From the IMG/VR virus record IMGVR_UViG_3300027286_000002: a DNA stretch of 64,000 nt; one strand, written 5' to 3'. Both the position numbers and the translations under genes were made by a program. Under the pieces are notes generated by a model. That model was given only the letters and a program-made list of their open reading frames with translations. It had not been told where the DNA came from and searched no databases. Shown piece after piece: positions 1 through 10,204 of the stretch (its first letter is position 1; every line of letters starts with the position of its first letter). Origin of the DNA: a virus. Taxonomy: Duplodnaviria; Caudoviricetes.

Positions 1-1
1 T

Positions 2-2671
2 ATTGACCAAACTAAAATCAATCCTACTTCTTTACCATCAGGTCAAGATAATATTGAAATCTCTACACCTGAACATCTTAATATGCTTATCCTTGAAGCA
101 CATAATGCAGGTATTTTACAAATTGCACCTCAAGCATCTAGTGATTTAAATAAAGGTAATCCTCTATTTAATGGACCCTTCTTTGTTAGAAATCCTGCTA
201 GTACAGATGGTGAAGGTGAAATCATAGGTATTCTTGATGTTAAAGATGCTACAAGTCAATTAGGAACACAAGCTAGTATATCACCTAATAACTCTACTAA
301 TGCAGTCCAACCTAAAGATAATTCTATTAAAGGTAATGATTTGAGCCAAGATCAAATTGCTAGTAATGAACTTAATGTACAAAACCAATCTCTACCTGAT
401 GAAATACCTACTACATCTGTAGATATTGGACAACAACAATCTATTGCAGATAAGAAAGTCACTTTAAGTCAATTGGTAGATCTTGTTAAATCATATAGAT
501 CATCAAATACAACAGCTTTTGGTCAAGGCAGTAAAGCAAATATCCTTGCAAATTTAGCTACAAGAAAATCTACCTTTGGTGGTGCTGTCGCTGGACATTA
601 TAGATATTATAGTTGCTCTCATCCTGATGTTCAAATGCAAGGTGCAATTGAAATATCAGTAAAGAAAGGCAAAGTAGATTTTAAGCAACCACCTAGAATA
701 GAGGCTAATCCCAATCTTAAAAATGTAAATGTTGTAATGCCTGATCCTACTAATGCTAATACTGATGGTAATCTTATTGAATTTGTAGATGATCCTAATT
801 TTGTTAAGACAGGTATTCGTATCTTTAAGAACATTGGACAACCACAGGAAATTGTACCTACAAGTGAAATCAAAGGTCTTGCTTTTCAAAAGATAGATTT
901 AGAGATACCTACTACTGTTATTACAGAGCAAACTCAAGGCACACCTATGGGAAAAATGACAGGTATTTCTTATTCTCAAATTGCCAAAATTATCCGTGAT
1001 CAATTATTTAGTAATGGTAGACCTTTATTAAGAGAAAAGAAGATTGGTGCTAATGATCCACAAATCAATAAGAATATTTGCGAAGTTTTATTTGATAAAG
1101 ATAAAATAGATGATATAAATGAGGATATTTTCCAAGCATATGCAAATGGTTCTTTATGTGATGGTGATGGCAAATCTCTTGTAGGTGATTATATAGAAAT
1201 TAATGGTGAAGGTATCCAAAGGATTCTAGGTGTTGCGATTAGAGAATGGTCAAGAGATATTTATGATGCACCTGTATCACCTGATAAAATAGGTGTTGCA
1301 AATGCTCGTCTTGATCCTGCTAATCAAAGATGGTGTGCAACACCAAGTAAAACATATTTAGATATATATACAGGACGAGATTATCGTTATGATTGTCAAG
1401 TCGCATGGTGTGGTCTTTTTGCTCAATATTGCATTAAAGAAAGTGGTGCAATTAAACCTAGTGTTTATGATGGTGGATTTTTAGGTGGATGTGGTGGCAT
1501 TTTTAGTAAATGGGGAAATACTCCTAGATTTATCGATTACTATAAAAATAAAAATGCAGAAATCAAAGTAGGTGATATTGTTATCTTTAATGGTATTGAT
1601 AGTGAAACAGGTGCACCCACTAATAAATCTGCTGAACATGGTAAACATATTGCTCTTTGTGCTGAAATCCATCAAGATTATATTATCTGTGTAGATGGTA
1701 ATTCGTTTGGACTACATCCAGATGGTAAAGAAGGTACAGGTGTTGTTAAAACTAAACGAAAAAAAGATATTATTTGGTATCTTTATCGTTTCCTTCCTGA
1801 AGATTTTATTCCACCTGCTCAAACTCCAAAAGCTAATCCTAATGACAGTGTCTATAAAATTAAACTTAATAACATTGTTACTAACCTTATGGCTAAACTA
1901 GAAAAAAAACATTCTGTACTTACTGATCTTAAAAAAGCTAAAGAAAATCCACAAGCTGTCCAAAATGTCTTTAATACTCAAGGTGAAAATATTGATAAAC
2001 TTCAAAAAGATTTAAAAATCCTTTTAAGTCTTACAGGTGGTTTTAATCTCACTCCAAGTAATAGTCTTGCTAGTGGTGCAGGTGCTTATAATAATGATCC
2101 TACTGTTATGCCTGTTTTCCCTGTATCTGATGAATATGGTTATGAAGTATTTGGTAGTTATCCTTATGGCAGAGGATTGACTTTAAGAAAAAATGGATCT
2201 TTTGAAAAACTATTAAAGAAAGATAAAACATCTTCTGTAAATTTAGAGGACACTAAAGAAGATGTTGCAGGCAGTGAACTTGCTAATGTCACTATTCAAG
2301 AAGGTAGCAATACAATTAAAAATGCAGTCAATTCAGATGCGAATTTAAATAAAGAAATGTCTACAAATATTATTGATAGTGGTCTTGCTAACCAGCCTGT
2401 AAATCAAACTTCTGTTGATCAAGGTCTTATTATTGAATCCGTGCCAAAGAAACTTCAAGATATTACTCCAAACTTTGATCAAAAAGGTAATGTCTGTGAT
2501 TGTAGATCTTATGATAGAGATTTACAGCTTTTAGGTATAAGTCTTGATGGTGCATATAACTATGTCAATGTTGGTCAAGAACAACTTGTTAAGAAAATGG
2601 CTAACGATAACTTCTCTAAAGCTGAAGTTTGGCAATCTAACCAAAGCAAATTAATAGGTGGTGGCAAATGA
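2..2671 (+). CDS. CHAP-domain baseplate/tail-associated protein (5' truncated by window edge)
   Basis: Frame is open from position 2 (IDQTKINP...) into the track ORF at 83. CHAP catalytic motifs AWCGLFAQYC, IKVGDIVIF, HIALC..., VDGN. ATGA overlap with the spike gene. Confidence 0.7.
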   Translation: MDQTKINPTSLPSGQDNIEISTPEHLNMLILEAHNAGILQIAPQASSDLNKGNPLFNGPFFVRNPASTDGEGEIIGILDVKDATSQLGTQASISPNNSTNAVQPKDNSIKGNDLSQDQIASNELNVQNQSLPDEIPTTSVDIGQQQSIADKKVTLSQLVDLVKSYRSSNTTAFGQGSKANILANLATRKSTFGGAVAGHYRYYSCSHPDVQMQGAIEISVKKGKVDFKQPPRIEANPNLKNVNVVMPDPTNANTDGNLIEFVDDPNFVKTGIRIFKNIGQPQEIVPTSEIKGLAFQKIDLEIPTTVITEQTQGTPMGKMTGISYSQIAKIIRDQLFSNGRPLLREKKIGANDPQINKNICEVLFDKDKIDDINEDIFQAYANGSLCDGDGKSLVGDYIEINGEGIQRILGVAIREWSRDIYDAPVSPDKIGVANARLDPANQRWCATPSKTYLDIYTGRDYRYDCQVAWCGLFAQYCIKESGAIKPSVYDGGFLGGCGGIFSKWGNTPRFIDYYKNKNAEIKVGDIVIFNGIDSETGAPTNKSAEHGKHIALCAEIHQDYIICVDGNSFGLHPDGKEGTGVVKTKRKKDIIWYLYRFLPEDFIPPAQTPKANPNDSVYKIKLNNIVTNLMAKLEKKHSVLTDLKKAKENPQAVQNVFNTQGENIDKLQKDLKILLSLTGGFNLTPSNSLASGAGAYNNDPTVMPVFPVSDEYGYEVFGSYPYGRGLTLRKNGSFEKLLKKDKTSSVNLEDTKEDVAGSELANVTIQEGSNTIKNAVNSDANLNKEMSTNIIDSGLANQPVNQTSVDQGLIIESVPKKLQDITPNFDQKGNVCDCRSYDRDLQLLGISLDGAYNYVNVGQEQLVKKMANDNFSKAEVWQSNQSKLIGGGK

Positions 2672-4890
2672 GTAATACTACTCTCACTAATAATTTAAGA
2701 AATGAACTTGCTCCTAAATCATCTTCTCAAGGATGGTCTAAACTTTCTATCTCTCTCGCAAGCATTATTAAAGTTTATGCTGAAGAACTTAGATGTGATA
2801 TTAAAGTTGTGCAAGGTGAAAAAGATGAACCTATTTATTCAGGTGTTGAAATTATCCTGCCTGCTTTTGGTGCTAGACATTTCTTAGGTGCTATTCCTGA
2901 TATTAATGATCTTTGTATTGTAGGCTGGATGTCTGCTGATCAAGATGGGAAAAGAAAACCTGCTATTTTAGGTTGGTTTCCCAAATCACCTTTTCTAGGA
3001 CATGATTGGTTGCCTACTCAATCTACTACTACTGAAGAAGGTATGCTCAATACACCTAAAGATAGAATTGAACTTAAAGGTATTAGTCATCGTATTAGAA
3101 ATAAATTAAGACACTTTCAAGCTGGCAATATTGGTGCATCTTCATCTCAAGGCTCTGATCTTGTTTTAGATGAAAGTGTTTTATTATCTAATAGGCGAGC
3201 AAATGAAATTAGATTGAGAGATCAAGATCAAGCATTTGTTGTAAGATCCCAACAACAATTCCATACAATGAGTGGTGCTAGAATTTATGGTGGCATTGTT
3301 CAAAGAGATGCTAGAACTTTACCTAAAGAACTTATCTCTGATGGTAGTGATTGGTCTGATCCATATCAATTAGATGTAGATGGCAAACCTAAAAGAAATT
3401 TTAAAAATGATACTGTTTCACAGGATAACTATAAACCACACCATCTTTTTAGAAAAGAAAGTCTTAATGAAAAAAACAACTTTGAGAAAGATGATGGTTT
3501 CATCACTGTTGATCCATATAAATTCGTTTACAATGCTAACCTTGTTAATGAGTTTTTTGAAAATGAAAGTGAAACTAGAAGTCTTGTTTATGGTGGCAAA
3601 GCTATTCTTAGATTAAATACAGAAGGCAAAGCATCTTTTAATACTAACATGGCTACTGAATATCGTATCGAACTTAATCACTTAACTGATGGCACTTTAC
3701 CTGTATCTGAACAGACAGATGGTTTTGATTCTGATAGACTGCCTGATGTTAAAGAAAGCAAAGATAAATTACCTTTTGTTGAATTTGTTTTAGGTTCTGT
3801 AGTCGGTAATGAAGCATTTACTTTAACAGGTAAAGATTTATATGGTAAACCTTTATCACCTAAAATTGAATTTGGTGCAGGTTCTTCTCTTGTAGATGCT
3901 TCTACTTTAGATTTACAAGAACATTCTGCTACTTTATTAAAAGTACAACCTGTTGTTGGTGGTGATCCTGCATCTTTTATTTCTTTTACCAAAGGTGGTG
4001 CTTTAAGAGCATTTATAGGTAATGCTACTACTGAATATGGCATTAAGGCTAAAGTCAATAGTGGTGTTGGTCTATCTGCTCAAAAAGTAAATGTTCAAAC
4101 TACAGGTAATTTGGATATGAACTTAGGTGGACAGGTTTCTCTTAATGCTGGCAACAATGTAGATTTAAAATCCAATAAAGTTATTAATATTAATGCAGTC
4201 AATACGATCAATCTTAGCTCTAATGAAAGAATAAACTTATCTGCTCCTGTTGTAAATTTAGCTGATGCAGGTCAAGTTGTACTTAAATCTCAAAGTGCTT
4301 TAAATTTTGGTAGTGCTGAATCAATCAATATTTCAGCTAAAGGTAAAAATGAAACCATTATGGGTGGTTCAAGTACTACCATTAGTGGACCCAAAGACTT
4401 TAATATGTTAAGTGGACCGCCACGATCTACAAAGATTTTGGCATCACCTGCAACAGGTCAAGTCGCAGGTATTGTAGATGAAAAGGTTGTTGCTTTTGGT
4501 GATGAACTTAATACTTATTTGACTACTAGCAATATTACCGATCTCATTACATCAGGTACTAAAAATACTGTCATTGGTGCAGGTGCTTTAAATATGACTG
4601 TTGGAGCAAATGCTATTAATCTTACACCTGCAAGTGCAATAATAAATGCTACTGCAGGTGTAGCTACTGTGAATGCTTTAAGTGGTATTGCTACTCTCAA
4701 TGGTGTTGCTAGTGCAGTAGTTAATAGTGAAGTTGTTACTACCATTCGTGGTGGTGGTGCTTTAGTTTTATCTAGTAAAGGTACAAGTGTTGGTTTTATT
4801 ATGTGTGGATCAGATAGAGATACTGTCACAGGCTTGCCATATGTAGCATTAGGTTTAATTCCAAGAGGTCATGTTTTAGCTATTGGTTGA
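2668..4890 (+). CDS. Baseplate central spike, gp5/gpV/VgrG-like
   Basis: N-terminal OB-fold-like segment (GARHFLGAIPDINDLCIVGW). C-terminal repetitive V/I-x-I/L-x-A/S/N beta-helix sequence. Confidence 0.7.
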   Translation: MSNTTLTNNLRNELAPKSSSQGWSKLSISLASIIKVYAEELRCDIKVVQGEKDEPIYSGVEIILPAFGARHFLGAIPDINDLCIVGWMSADQDGKRKPAILGWFPKSPFLGHDWLPTQSTTTEEGMLNTPKDRIELKGISHRIRNKLRHFQAGNIGASSSQGSDLVLDESVLLSNRRANEIRLRDQDQAFVVRSQQQFHTMSGARIYGGIVQRDARTLPKELISDGSDWSDPYQLDVDGKPKRNFKNDTVSQDNYKPHHLFRKESLNEKNNFEKDDGFITVDPYKFVYNANLVNEFFENESETRSLVYGGKAILRLNTEGKASFNTNMATEYRIELNHLTDGTLPVSEQTDGFDSDRLPDVKESKDKLPFVEFVLGSVVGNEAFTLTGKDLYGKPLSPKIEFGAGSSLVDASTLDLQEHSATLLKVQPVVGGDPASFISFTKGGALRAFIGNATTEYGIKAKVNSGVGLSAQKVNVQTTGNLDMNLGGQVSLNAGNNVDLKSNKVININAVNTINLSSNERINLSAPVVNLADAGQVVLKSQSALNFGSAESINISAKGKNETIMGGSSTTISGPKDFNMLSGPPRSTKILASPATGQVAGIVDEKVVAFGDELNTYLTTSNITDLITSGTKNTVIGAGALNMTVGANAINLTPASAIINATAGVATVNALSGIATLNGVASAVVNSEVVTTIRGGGALVLSSKGTSVGFIMCGSDRDTVTGLPYVALGLIPRGHVLAIG

Positions 4891-4955
4891 TCTTAATAAT
4901 TTATTTATATCTTTGTGATTAACAAAAACCAATTCTTTTTTAAAGGACATAACAA

Positions 4956-5984
4956 ATGGTAATCAATGAAATCTATCGTATTGCAAAACAAACCAAAGGC
5001 AGTAGTGCTTTACAAAAGGCTTGTTTAAGAGCATTAACAGCTAAACCAAATATGAGAAGAAAAGCTAATGTTGGCAATATTGATGGTCAACTACAAGCAT
5101 TAACAGAACTTCCTGCAAATGAACAAAAAGAAGTCAAAGTAGGTGTTTTAAGTGAAATCGTAAATAAAGTTAAAGTCCAAATGCAATCTCATATAGATGC
5201 AGGTGCTTTAGATACCTTTAAAGATCTAATCAAAGAAACAGGTCTTGCGAATAAAATTCGTAGAGGTGAAAAGATTATTACTGCACCTTCAAATCCACTT
5301 GAAAAAAAGATTAGTGAAAAAGCTAAAAGTTTTGCAGATGTTTCAGATAGCATTGCTTTTCTAGGTCGTATTACTCAAGCAGAATCACCTGAAGAAATTG
5401 TTAAAGCACTTGATATTTCTATGGATGAATTTGAAGGATACCTTTCTGTACTTTTAGGTAAAAAAGTCACAGGTCTTATTGGTGGTGGTTGGAGAAAGTT
5501 TTACTCTGCTATTGCTGAAATTAAAGAAGTATATAAGTTATTTACTGTTGAACTTGCAATGACACTTTTAGAAGCTAGTGTTTTTAGTTTTGTAGTTATG
5601 GCTTTTGGTGGTGGTTCTTTTATGGATATTCTTCATAGTATCGGACATGGCATTAAAGAAGTTCTCTATATTGTCATCTTGTCTGTTTTATTATTGGATA
5701 TTAAAGATTCCGCCCAATTCATTCGCAAACAAGATATTTTAATTAAAGCTATTCCTATTGTGCTTTTTAATGATTTAATTCGTGCATTAAAATGGTCTTG
5801 GAATAAAATCTCTACTTTCTTTAGTAAAATCGTTTCTAATACTGTTGCTTTCTTTGATTCATGGTTTGGTGATGATGAAGAAGTTGAAACATCTAATCCC
5901 AAAGTTGCTGTCTTTAGAGAAACCTTAAGACTTGCATCTGTTAATCCTGTTTTCCATCAACGAGTTTTAGAACTTTTAGATTGA
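4956..5984 (+). CDS. Membrane-segment protein, paralog of 29018..30001, putative virion internal protein
   Basis: Shared blocks with 29018 (IAF...AESxEExxKA; N-terminal L-x-x-AC; C-terminal RE-x-x-x-LA). Two hydrophobic stretches. Confidence 0.6.
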   Translation: MVINEIYRIAKQTKGSSALQKACLRALTAKPNMRRKANVGNIDGQLQALTELPANEQKEVKVGVLSEIVNKVKVQMQSHIDAGALDTFKDLIKETGLANKIRRGEKIITAPSNPLEKKISEKAKSFADVSDSIAFLGRITQAESPEEIVKALDISMDEFEGYLSVLLGKKVTGLIGGGWRKFYSAIAEIKEVYKLFTVELAMTLLEASVFSFVVMAFGGGSFMDILHSIGHGIKEVLYIVILSVLLLDIKDSAQFIRKQDILIKAIPIVLFNDLIRALKWSWNKISTFFSKIVSNTVAFFDSWFGDDEEVETSNPKVAVFRETLRLASVNPVFHQRVLELLD

Positions 5985-6526
5985 ACTTTCTTTTTTCTTT
6001 GAATATTTAATTTCTTTTCTCTTTGCATTAAATCATAAGCATGAAACTTTTGTTTCGCATCTAATTTCATATTCCCTTCTATTGTAGCAAATCCACTGTC
6101 TTTATCTATTCGTCTTGATGTCAATCCTATTACCCCCGGCATCAATGCTTTCACTAGCTTTGGATCTATCATATTAATTGATATATCCCATACCATTGCT
6201 AAAACCATTGGTGAACATACCTTTAATGGTTTACCATCATATTCGCATGGCATCTTTTCTTTATATAAAGATGCACCTGATCCTGTCTGTAATTCCATAT
6301 CAAAGAAATACACTTCCTTTGGCTCAACATTCAAAAATGGAAAATTAAAATGCAAATGCAAATTCTTATCGCCAAACACAGGTCTAATTTCTGTGATGGT
6401 TTGCCAGCCATGTATCACTATTTGCAAGTCTTTTGATTCTACTAACCTGCTAATAAATTCTTGTTCTACTTCTGTAAGTGGAATATAGATATGCTTATTA
6501 TTGCCACCACCAAAGATATTACTCAT
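5957..6526 (-). CDS. Hypothetical protein
   Basis: Long ORF. Start moved to MSNIFGGG, preceded by GAAGGGA. Confidence 0.6.
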   Translation of the reverse strand: MSNIFGGGNNKHIYIPLTEVEQEFISRLVESKDLQIVIHGWQTITEIRPVFGDKNLHLHFNFPFLNVEPKEVYFFDMELQTGSGASLYKEKMPCEYDGKPLKVCSPMVLAMVWDISINMIDPKLVKALMPGVIGLTSRRIDKDSGFATIEGNMKLDAKQKFHAYDLMQREKKLNIQRKKKVQSKSSKTR

Positions 6527-6527
6527 T

Positions 6528-6764
6528 TTATTTAATCCCTTCAGGTTTCTCTTCAAAATCACAGGTTTCAGGTTCTGTATCACATTGGTTATTGCAATCA
6601 CATTTTGGCAATTCACATTTAAAAGGCGAATTTGAATACTTTACTTTTTCATCTTTTGTTAATGCACACCAATCAGCTTTTGATCTCACTTCTTTATGTT
6701 TGTCTTGTGCTGGTGATTTGAGTATCAAACTCACTAATAAAAGCAATCCTAATAAATATTTCAT
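6528..6764 (-). CDS. Small secreted Cys-rich protein
   Basis: Signal-peptide-like N-terminus MKYLLGLLLLVSLIL. Six Cys in the mature part. Confidence 0.55.
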   Translation of the reverse strand: MKYLLGLLLLVSLILKSPAQDKHKEVRSKADWCALTKDEKVKYSNSPFKCELPKCDCNNQCDTEPETCDFEEKPEGIK

Positions 6765-6837
6765 ATTTGACCTTTCTTAGGTGTATAATGTCTTTATATT
6801 ATACATACAATAAAAGAGATACAAAAAGGATTTTATT

Positions 6838-7026
6838 ATGGCTATGATGAAAACAGGCACACCTGCTACTCAAGTGAATACAGAAACTGTTCGTGGTTAT
6901 CAAGATGGTTTACAAGGCACATCTAATCCACCTTCTGATCCTGTGCAATTACAATTCTATAATCAAGGTTTTGATCTAGGTCAAAAAGTTAAGAATGGAC
7001 AGGCTCAAGCACCTATTTGGGCATAA
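6838..7026 (+). CDS. Small protein, Rmf/CrpP-fold-like
   Basis: RGYQDGLQG...FYNQGFDLG resembles RMF RGYQAGIAG...WLGGW. SD AAAGGA. Confidence 0.4.
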   Translation: MAMMKTGTPATQVNTETVRGYQDGLQGTSNPPSDPVQLQFYNQGFDLGQKVKNGQAQAPIWA

Positions 7027-7098
7027 GATCAATATTTCTTTTATTAAATCAATCTTAATAGAATAGAGAAAATCCACTTTCACAAAAGGACAAATAAA

Positions 7099-7485
7099 AT
7101 GATCCGTAGAAATCCTACTTCTTCTTTGAGAACTCGTTTAGCTTCTCAATATAAGAGAGCAAATCCTGCTCTCAAGCAAGAATATGCAAAAACAATCCAA
7201 ATTATTAAAAACCAAATGGGGAAACTTCTAAAAGATGGTGATCTTTTTTTACAAAAAAGATATCAACAACTTGAAGATCAAATGCCCTGGGACCAATTGT
7301 ATCATCTCCATGCAGAATTGACAGGCGAACAACTTGATCTTGAGGATATCAAGTATAATATTCTAACTCAATGGCAAGACTTAGCTTATAGTTTAACACC
7401 TTCACTTCCTGTGGAATCTACTAAGGACTTTGAAGAACTTATGTCATCTTTAGATCAACTTAAGAATGATGTAATTAAGAGATAA
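7099..7485 (+). CDS. Hypothetical protein with N-terminal RLAS/KRA motif
   Basis: SLRTRLASQYKRAN. SD AAAGGA. Confidence 0.65.
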   Translation: MIRRNPTSSLRTRLASQYKRANPALKQEYAKTIQIIKNQMGKLLKDGDLFLQKRYQQLEDQMPWDQLYHLHAELTGEQLDLEDIKYNILTQWQDLAYSLTPSLPVESTKDFEELMSSLDQLKNDVIKR

Positions 7486-7617
7486 ACCTTTGGCACAAAC
7501 TATCGAATCCTAAAATCTTTGCTTATTTTCATATAAAATTCTCTTTCTCAATACTTTATTTATATCATTCTTATTAAATGTAGTCGCCTCCTGCAATTAG
7601 GTGTTCCTTGTTCGTTC

Positions 7618-7646
7618 GCACGAAACGATCCTACAAAAATTCGTGC
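7618..7646. terminator. Inverted repeat between convergent genes, possible terminator
   Basis: GCACGAA-N15-TTCGTGC in a locally GC-richer intergenic patch. Confidence 0.3.
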
Positions 7647-7655
7647 ATCCTAATC

Positions 7656-8585
7656 TTAAAAAAGAGAATGCAATCCTTGATTTGGTGTAGCTATTGGCTT
7701 TTTAGGTTTAGAAATGGGTGTTCCAATTTTTCTTAATTTTAAATTTCCATTAAAAAAATCACATACTCTTTGTGTGGCAATATTAGAATACTTTTCATCT
7801 CTATCTATACTCATAGCTTTACGATTATTTTTAATGGATGCAATCAAAGTTGAGCCTACTCCACCAAAAGGATCAAGTATCCAATCATCTTCATCTGTAA
7901 ATGCCAAAACACACCTTTCTGCAATTTCTACAGGAAATTGACAAGGATGCTCTGTTTTTTCAGGATGTGCATTTTTCACATTAGGTACATCAAATATACC
8001 TTTTTCAAATTCGTTTTCTATTATTTCCCAAAAATCAGATGGATTTTTACCTAAAGGATTTCCACTAAGTTGTCCTTTTTTCGGTCCTTTAAAATGTTTT
8101 TTATCTGGATATAAAGAAGGTACTCTAATAGAGTCAAGATTGAAAGTATAGTCTTTAGTTTTTGTAAACCATAATAAAACTTCATACCTACCTGATAGCT
8201 TTTTTGTGCTATGTAAGCCATGCTCAAAATGCCATACTATACGATTTCTAAGCTGTAAACCTAGCTTCTTACAAATAGGATAAAAATAAAAATCTAAAGG
8301 AAACATTTCACCATTATTTACAAAAGTGCCTACCTGTAATACTAAACTGCCATTTGAATGTAGTATTCTAACTAATTCTACAAGTATATTTTCTTGCCAT
8401 TCTAAATAGACATCTAGTTTGGTTTGAGTTTCATATGACTTACCTATATTATAAGGTGGTGATGTCAAAATAAGTTTGAATTTCTCATTAGGCAAATTCT
8501 TAATCTCTTCTAAACTGTCTTTTGTAGCAATTACAATTGAACTGTCCTCTTCAAAACTATTAGATATTTCAAAATAAGATTTCAT
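7656..8585 (-). CDS. Beta-class amino (N4-C/N6-A) DNA methyltransferase, orphan
   Basis: Motif IV LTSPPY precedes motif I DPFGGVGST. HPCQFP block. No adjacent restriction endonuclease. Confidence 0.9.
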   Translation of the reverse strand: MKSYFEISNSFEEDSSIVIATKDSLEEIKNLPNEKFKLILTSPPYNIGKSYETQTKLDVYLEWQENILVELVRILHSNGSLVLQVGTFVNNGEMFPLDFYFYPICKKLGLQLRNRIVWHFEHGLHSTKKLSGRYEVLLWFTKTKDYTFNLDSIRVPSLYPDKKHFKGPKKGQLSGNPLGKNPSDFWEIIENEFEKGIFDVPNVKNAHPEKTEHPCQFPVEIAERCVLAFTDEDDWILDPFGGVGSTLIASIKNNRKAMSIDRDEKYSNIATQRVCDFFNGNLKLRKIGTPISKPKKPIATPNQGLHSLF

Positions 8586-8661
8586 TAACAATTTCCTTTT
8601 TTTGTTTACTGATACATATAATAAGTTTATGTATATTATACAAACTAAAGAAAGATACCCT

Positions 8662-9081
8662 ATGAAATACCTTGCCTGCTTTTTATTCTTTCCCTTATAT
8701 ACTTTTGCTCAAGAAGATAAAGACTACCTTTTATCACCTTTGATTTTTCAACATGAAAACCAACTTGCTAAAACTGCTGAAACCATTAAAGAATCTGCCA
8801 AAGTAGATCTCAGTAGCCTTGCCATATTACCTTTCTTAAATGATAATGTTAAGAAATTAGAAAAACTACTCGTTGAAAAAGATAACCTGCTTAGAGAAAA
8901 AGATGCTGAAATTTTAAGACTTATCCAAGTCAATAACCAAATTGCTATCGAAAAGAAAGAATGTGAAGTAGATTTTAAACACTGTAAAAATGGAAACTAC
9001 CTACAATTAGGTGTATCAGGTTTAGCTACTGTTGCTACTGTTGTCACCAGCTTTGTTTGTTATCCTTCTAATCCTAATTAA
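8662..9081 (+). CDS. Exported coiled-coil protein with C-terminal hydrophobic segment
   Basis: Signal peptide MKYLACFLFFPLYTFA, heptad-like middle, hydrophobic C-terminus. Confidence 0.55.
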   Translation: MKYLACFLFFPLYTFAQEDKDYLLSPLIFQHENQLAKTAETIKESAKVDLSSLAILPFLNDNVKKLEKLLVEKDNLLREKDAEILRLIQVNNQIAIEKKECEVDFKHCKNGNYLQLGVSGLATVATVVTSFVCYPSNPN

Positions 9082-10057
9082 AGATGTGTGCTTGACTTTC
9101 TGCATATGCTTGATTACTAATCTCTACCCACTTTGCTGTTAATTGCAATTCTCTAATATTCCTTGCTCCACTATAGCTTAATCCACTCTTAATATTAATT
9201 GCTATCTCATCTAATATATCTAACACTGATCCTTTGTAATTCACTTGATGACTTACACCTTCTACTGATCTTACATTTCCTCGCCATTGAGATTGTGCTT
9301 CTTTACTTGCCATACCTACATACTTCTTATATTTATTACCTTGTTCATCTGTATGTACTCTACCCGGGGCTTCATCTGTACCTGCTAAATATGAACCTAA
9401 CATGACAAAATCTGCACCACCTGCCAAACACTTTACCATATCACCTGTTGTCTTAATTCCACCATCTGCAATAATAGGTTTTTCATATGTAGATTTAGCA
9501 CAATCAAAAACACTAGCTAATGTAGGAATACCATGTCCTGTTTGAATACGAGTAGTACAAATAGAACCACCACCTATACCTACACGAACTGCATCTGCAC
9601 CATGATCTATTAAAAACTCATATCCATCTTGTGTAGCTACATTGCCAGCTATTACATAAATGTCTTTATGTCTTGCTTTCAATTCTTTTAATGTATCACC
9701 TACGATTTTAGTATGACCATGTGCAACATCTAAACAAAAGGTTGTGATGCCTGCATTAATAAACTTGTCTATACTGTCTAGTTCATTACAGCCAAAAGCA
9801 ACACAGGCTTTATTAGCATTAAAAGAAAGATGAGTACGATCAACAATACTATTATATCTATGAATGATACCAAGACCACCTTTAGATTGCATTGCGATTG
9901 CCATCTCTGTTTCTGTGACAGTAGTCATTGGTGATGAGATAATAGGTAAAGCATATTTCTGATTACCAAGAGATGAACTTAAATCAATTTCATCTCTTGA
10001 TGCGATACTAGAATATTGAGGTGAAATGAGATAGTCATTGAAAGTCTTTAATAGCAT
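9074..10057 (-). CDS. IMPDH/GMP reductase family enzyme (CBS-less; GMPR-like flap)
   Basis: ISSPMTTV, CLDVAHGH, IAGNVAT, catalytic loop RVGIGGGSICTTR, IIADGGI, GMAS..EG. SD AAGGAG before the corrected start. Confidence 0.9.
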   Translation of the reverse strand: MLLKTFNDYLISPQYSSIASRDEIDLSSSLGNQKYALPIISSPMTTVTETEMAIAMQSKGGLGIIHRYNSIVDRTHLSFNANKACVAFGCNELDSIDKFINAGITTFCLDVAHGHTKIVGDTLKELKARHKDIYVIAGNVATQDGYEFLIDHGADAVRVGIGGGSICTTRIQTGHGIPTLASVFDCAKSTYEKPIIADGGIKTTGDMVKCLAGGADFVMLGSYLAGTDEAPGRVHTDEQGNKYKKYVGMASKEAQSQWRGNVRSVEGVSHQVNYKGSVLDILDEIAINIKSGLSYSGARNIRELQLTAKWVEISNQAYAESQAHIFN

Positions 10058-10131
10058 TTGTAGATACTCCTTTTTAAACAAAGAAATTATACATTGAAAA
10101 CAGATAAGACAAAATAAAAATATTTTTAAGT

Positions 10132-10162
10132 GAACTTGCAATTATTCTTATTCCTAAGTGTT
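10132..10162 (+). promoter_or_regulatory. Conserved bipartite motif copy 1 (GAACTTGCAAT-N14-AGTGTT)
   Basis: Same motif and spacing at 11943, 45201(-) and 45615(-). Lies upstream of a small-gene cluster. Confidence 0.6.
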
Positions 10163-10204
10163 ATATCTACATCAGAACAGATAACACAGAAAGGACAAAG
10201 CAAA

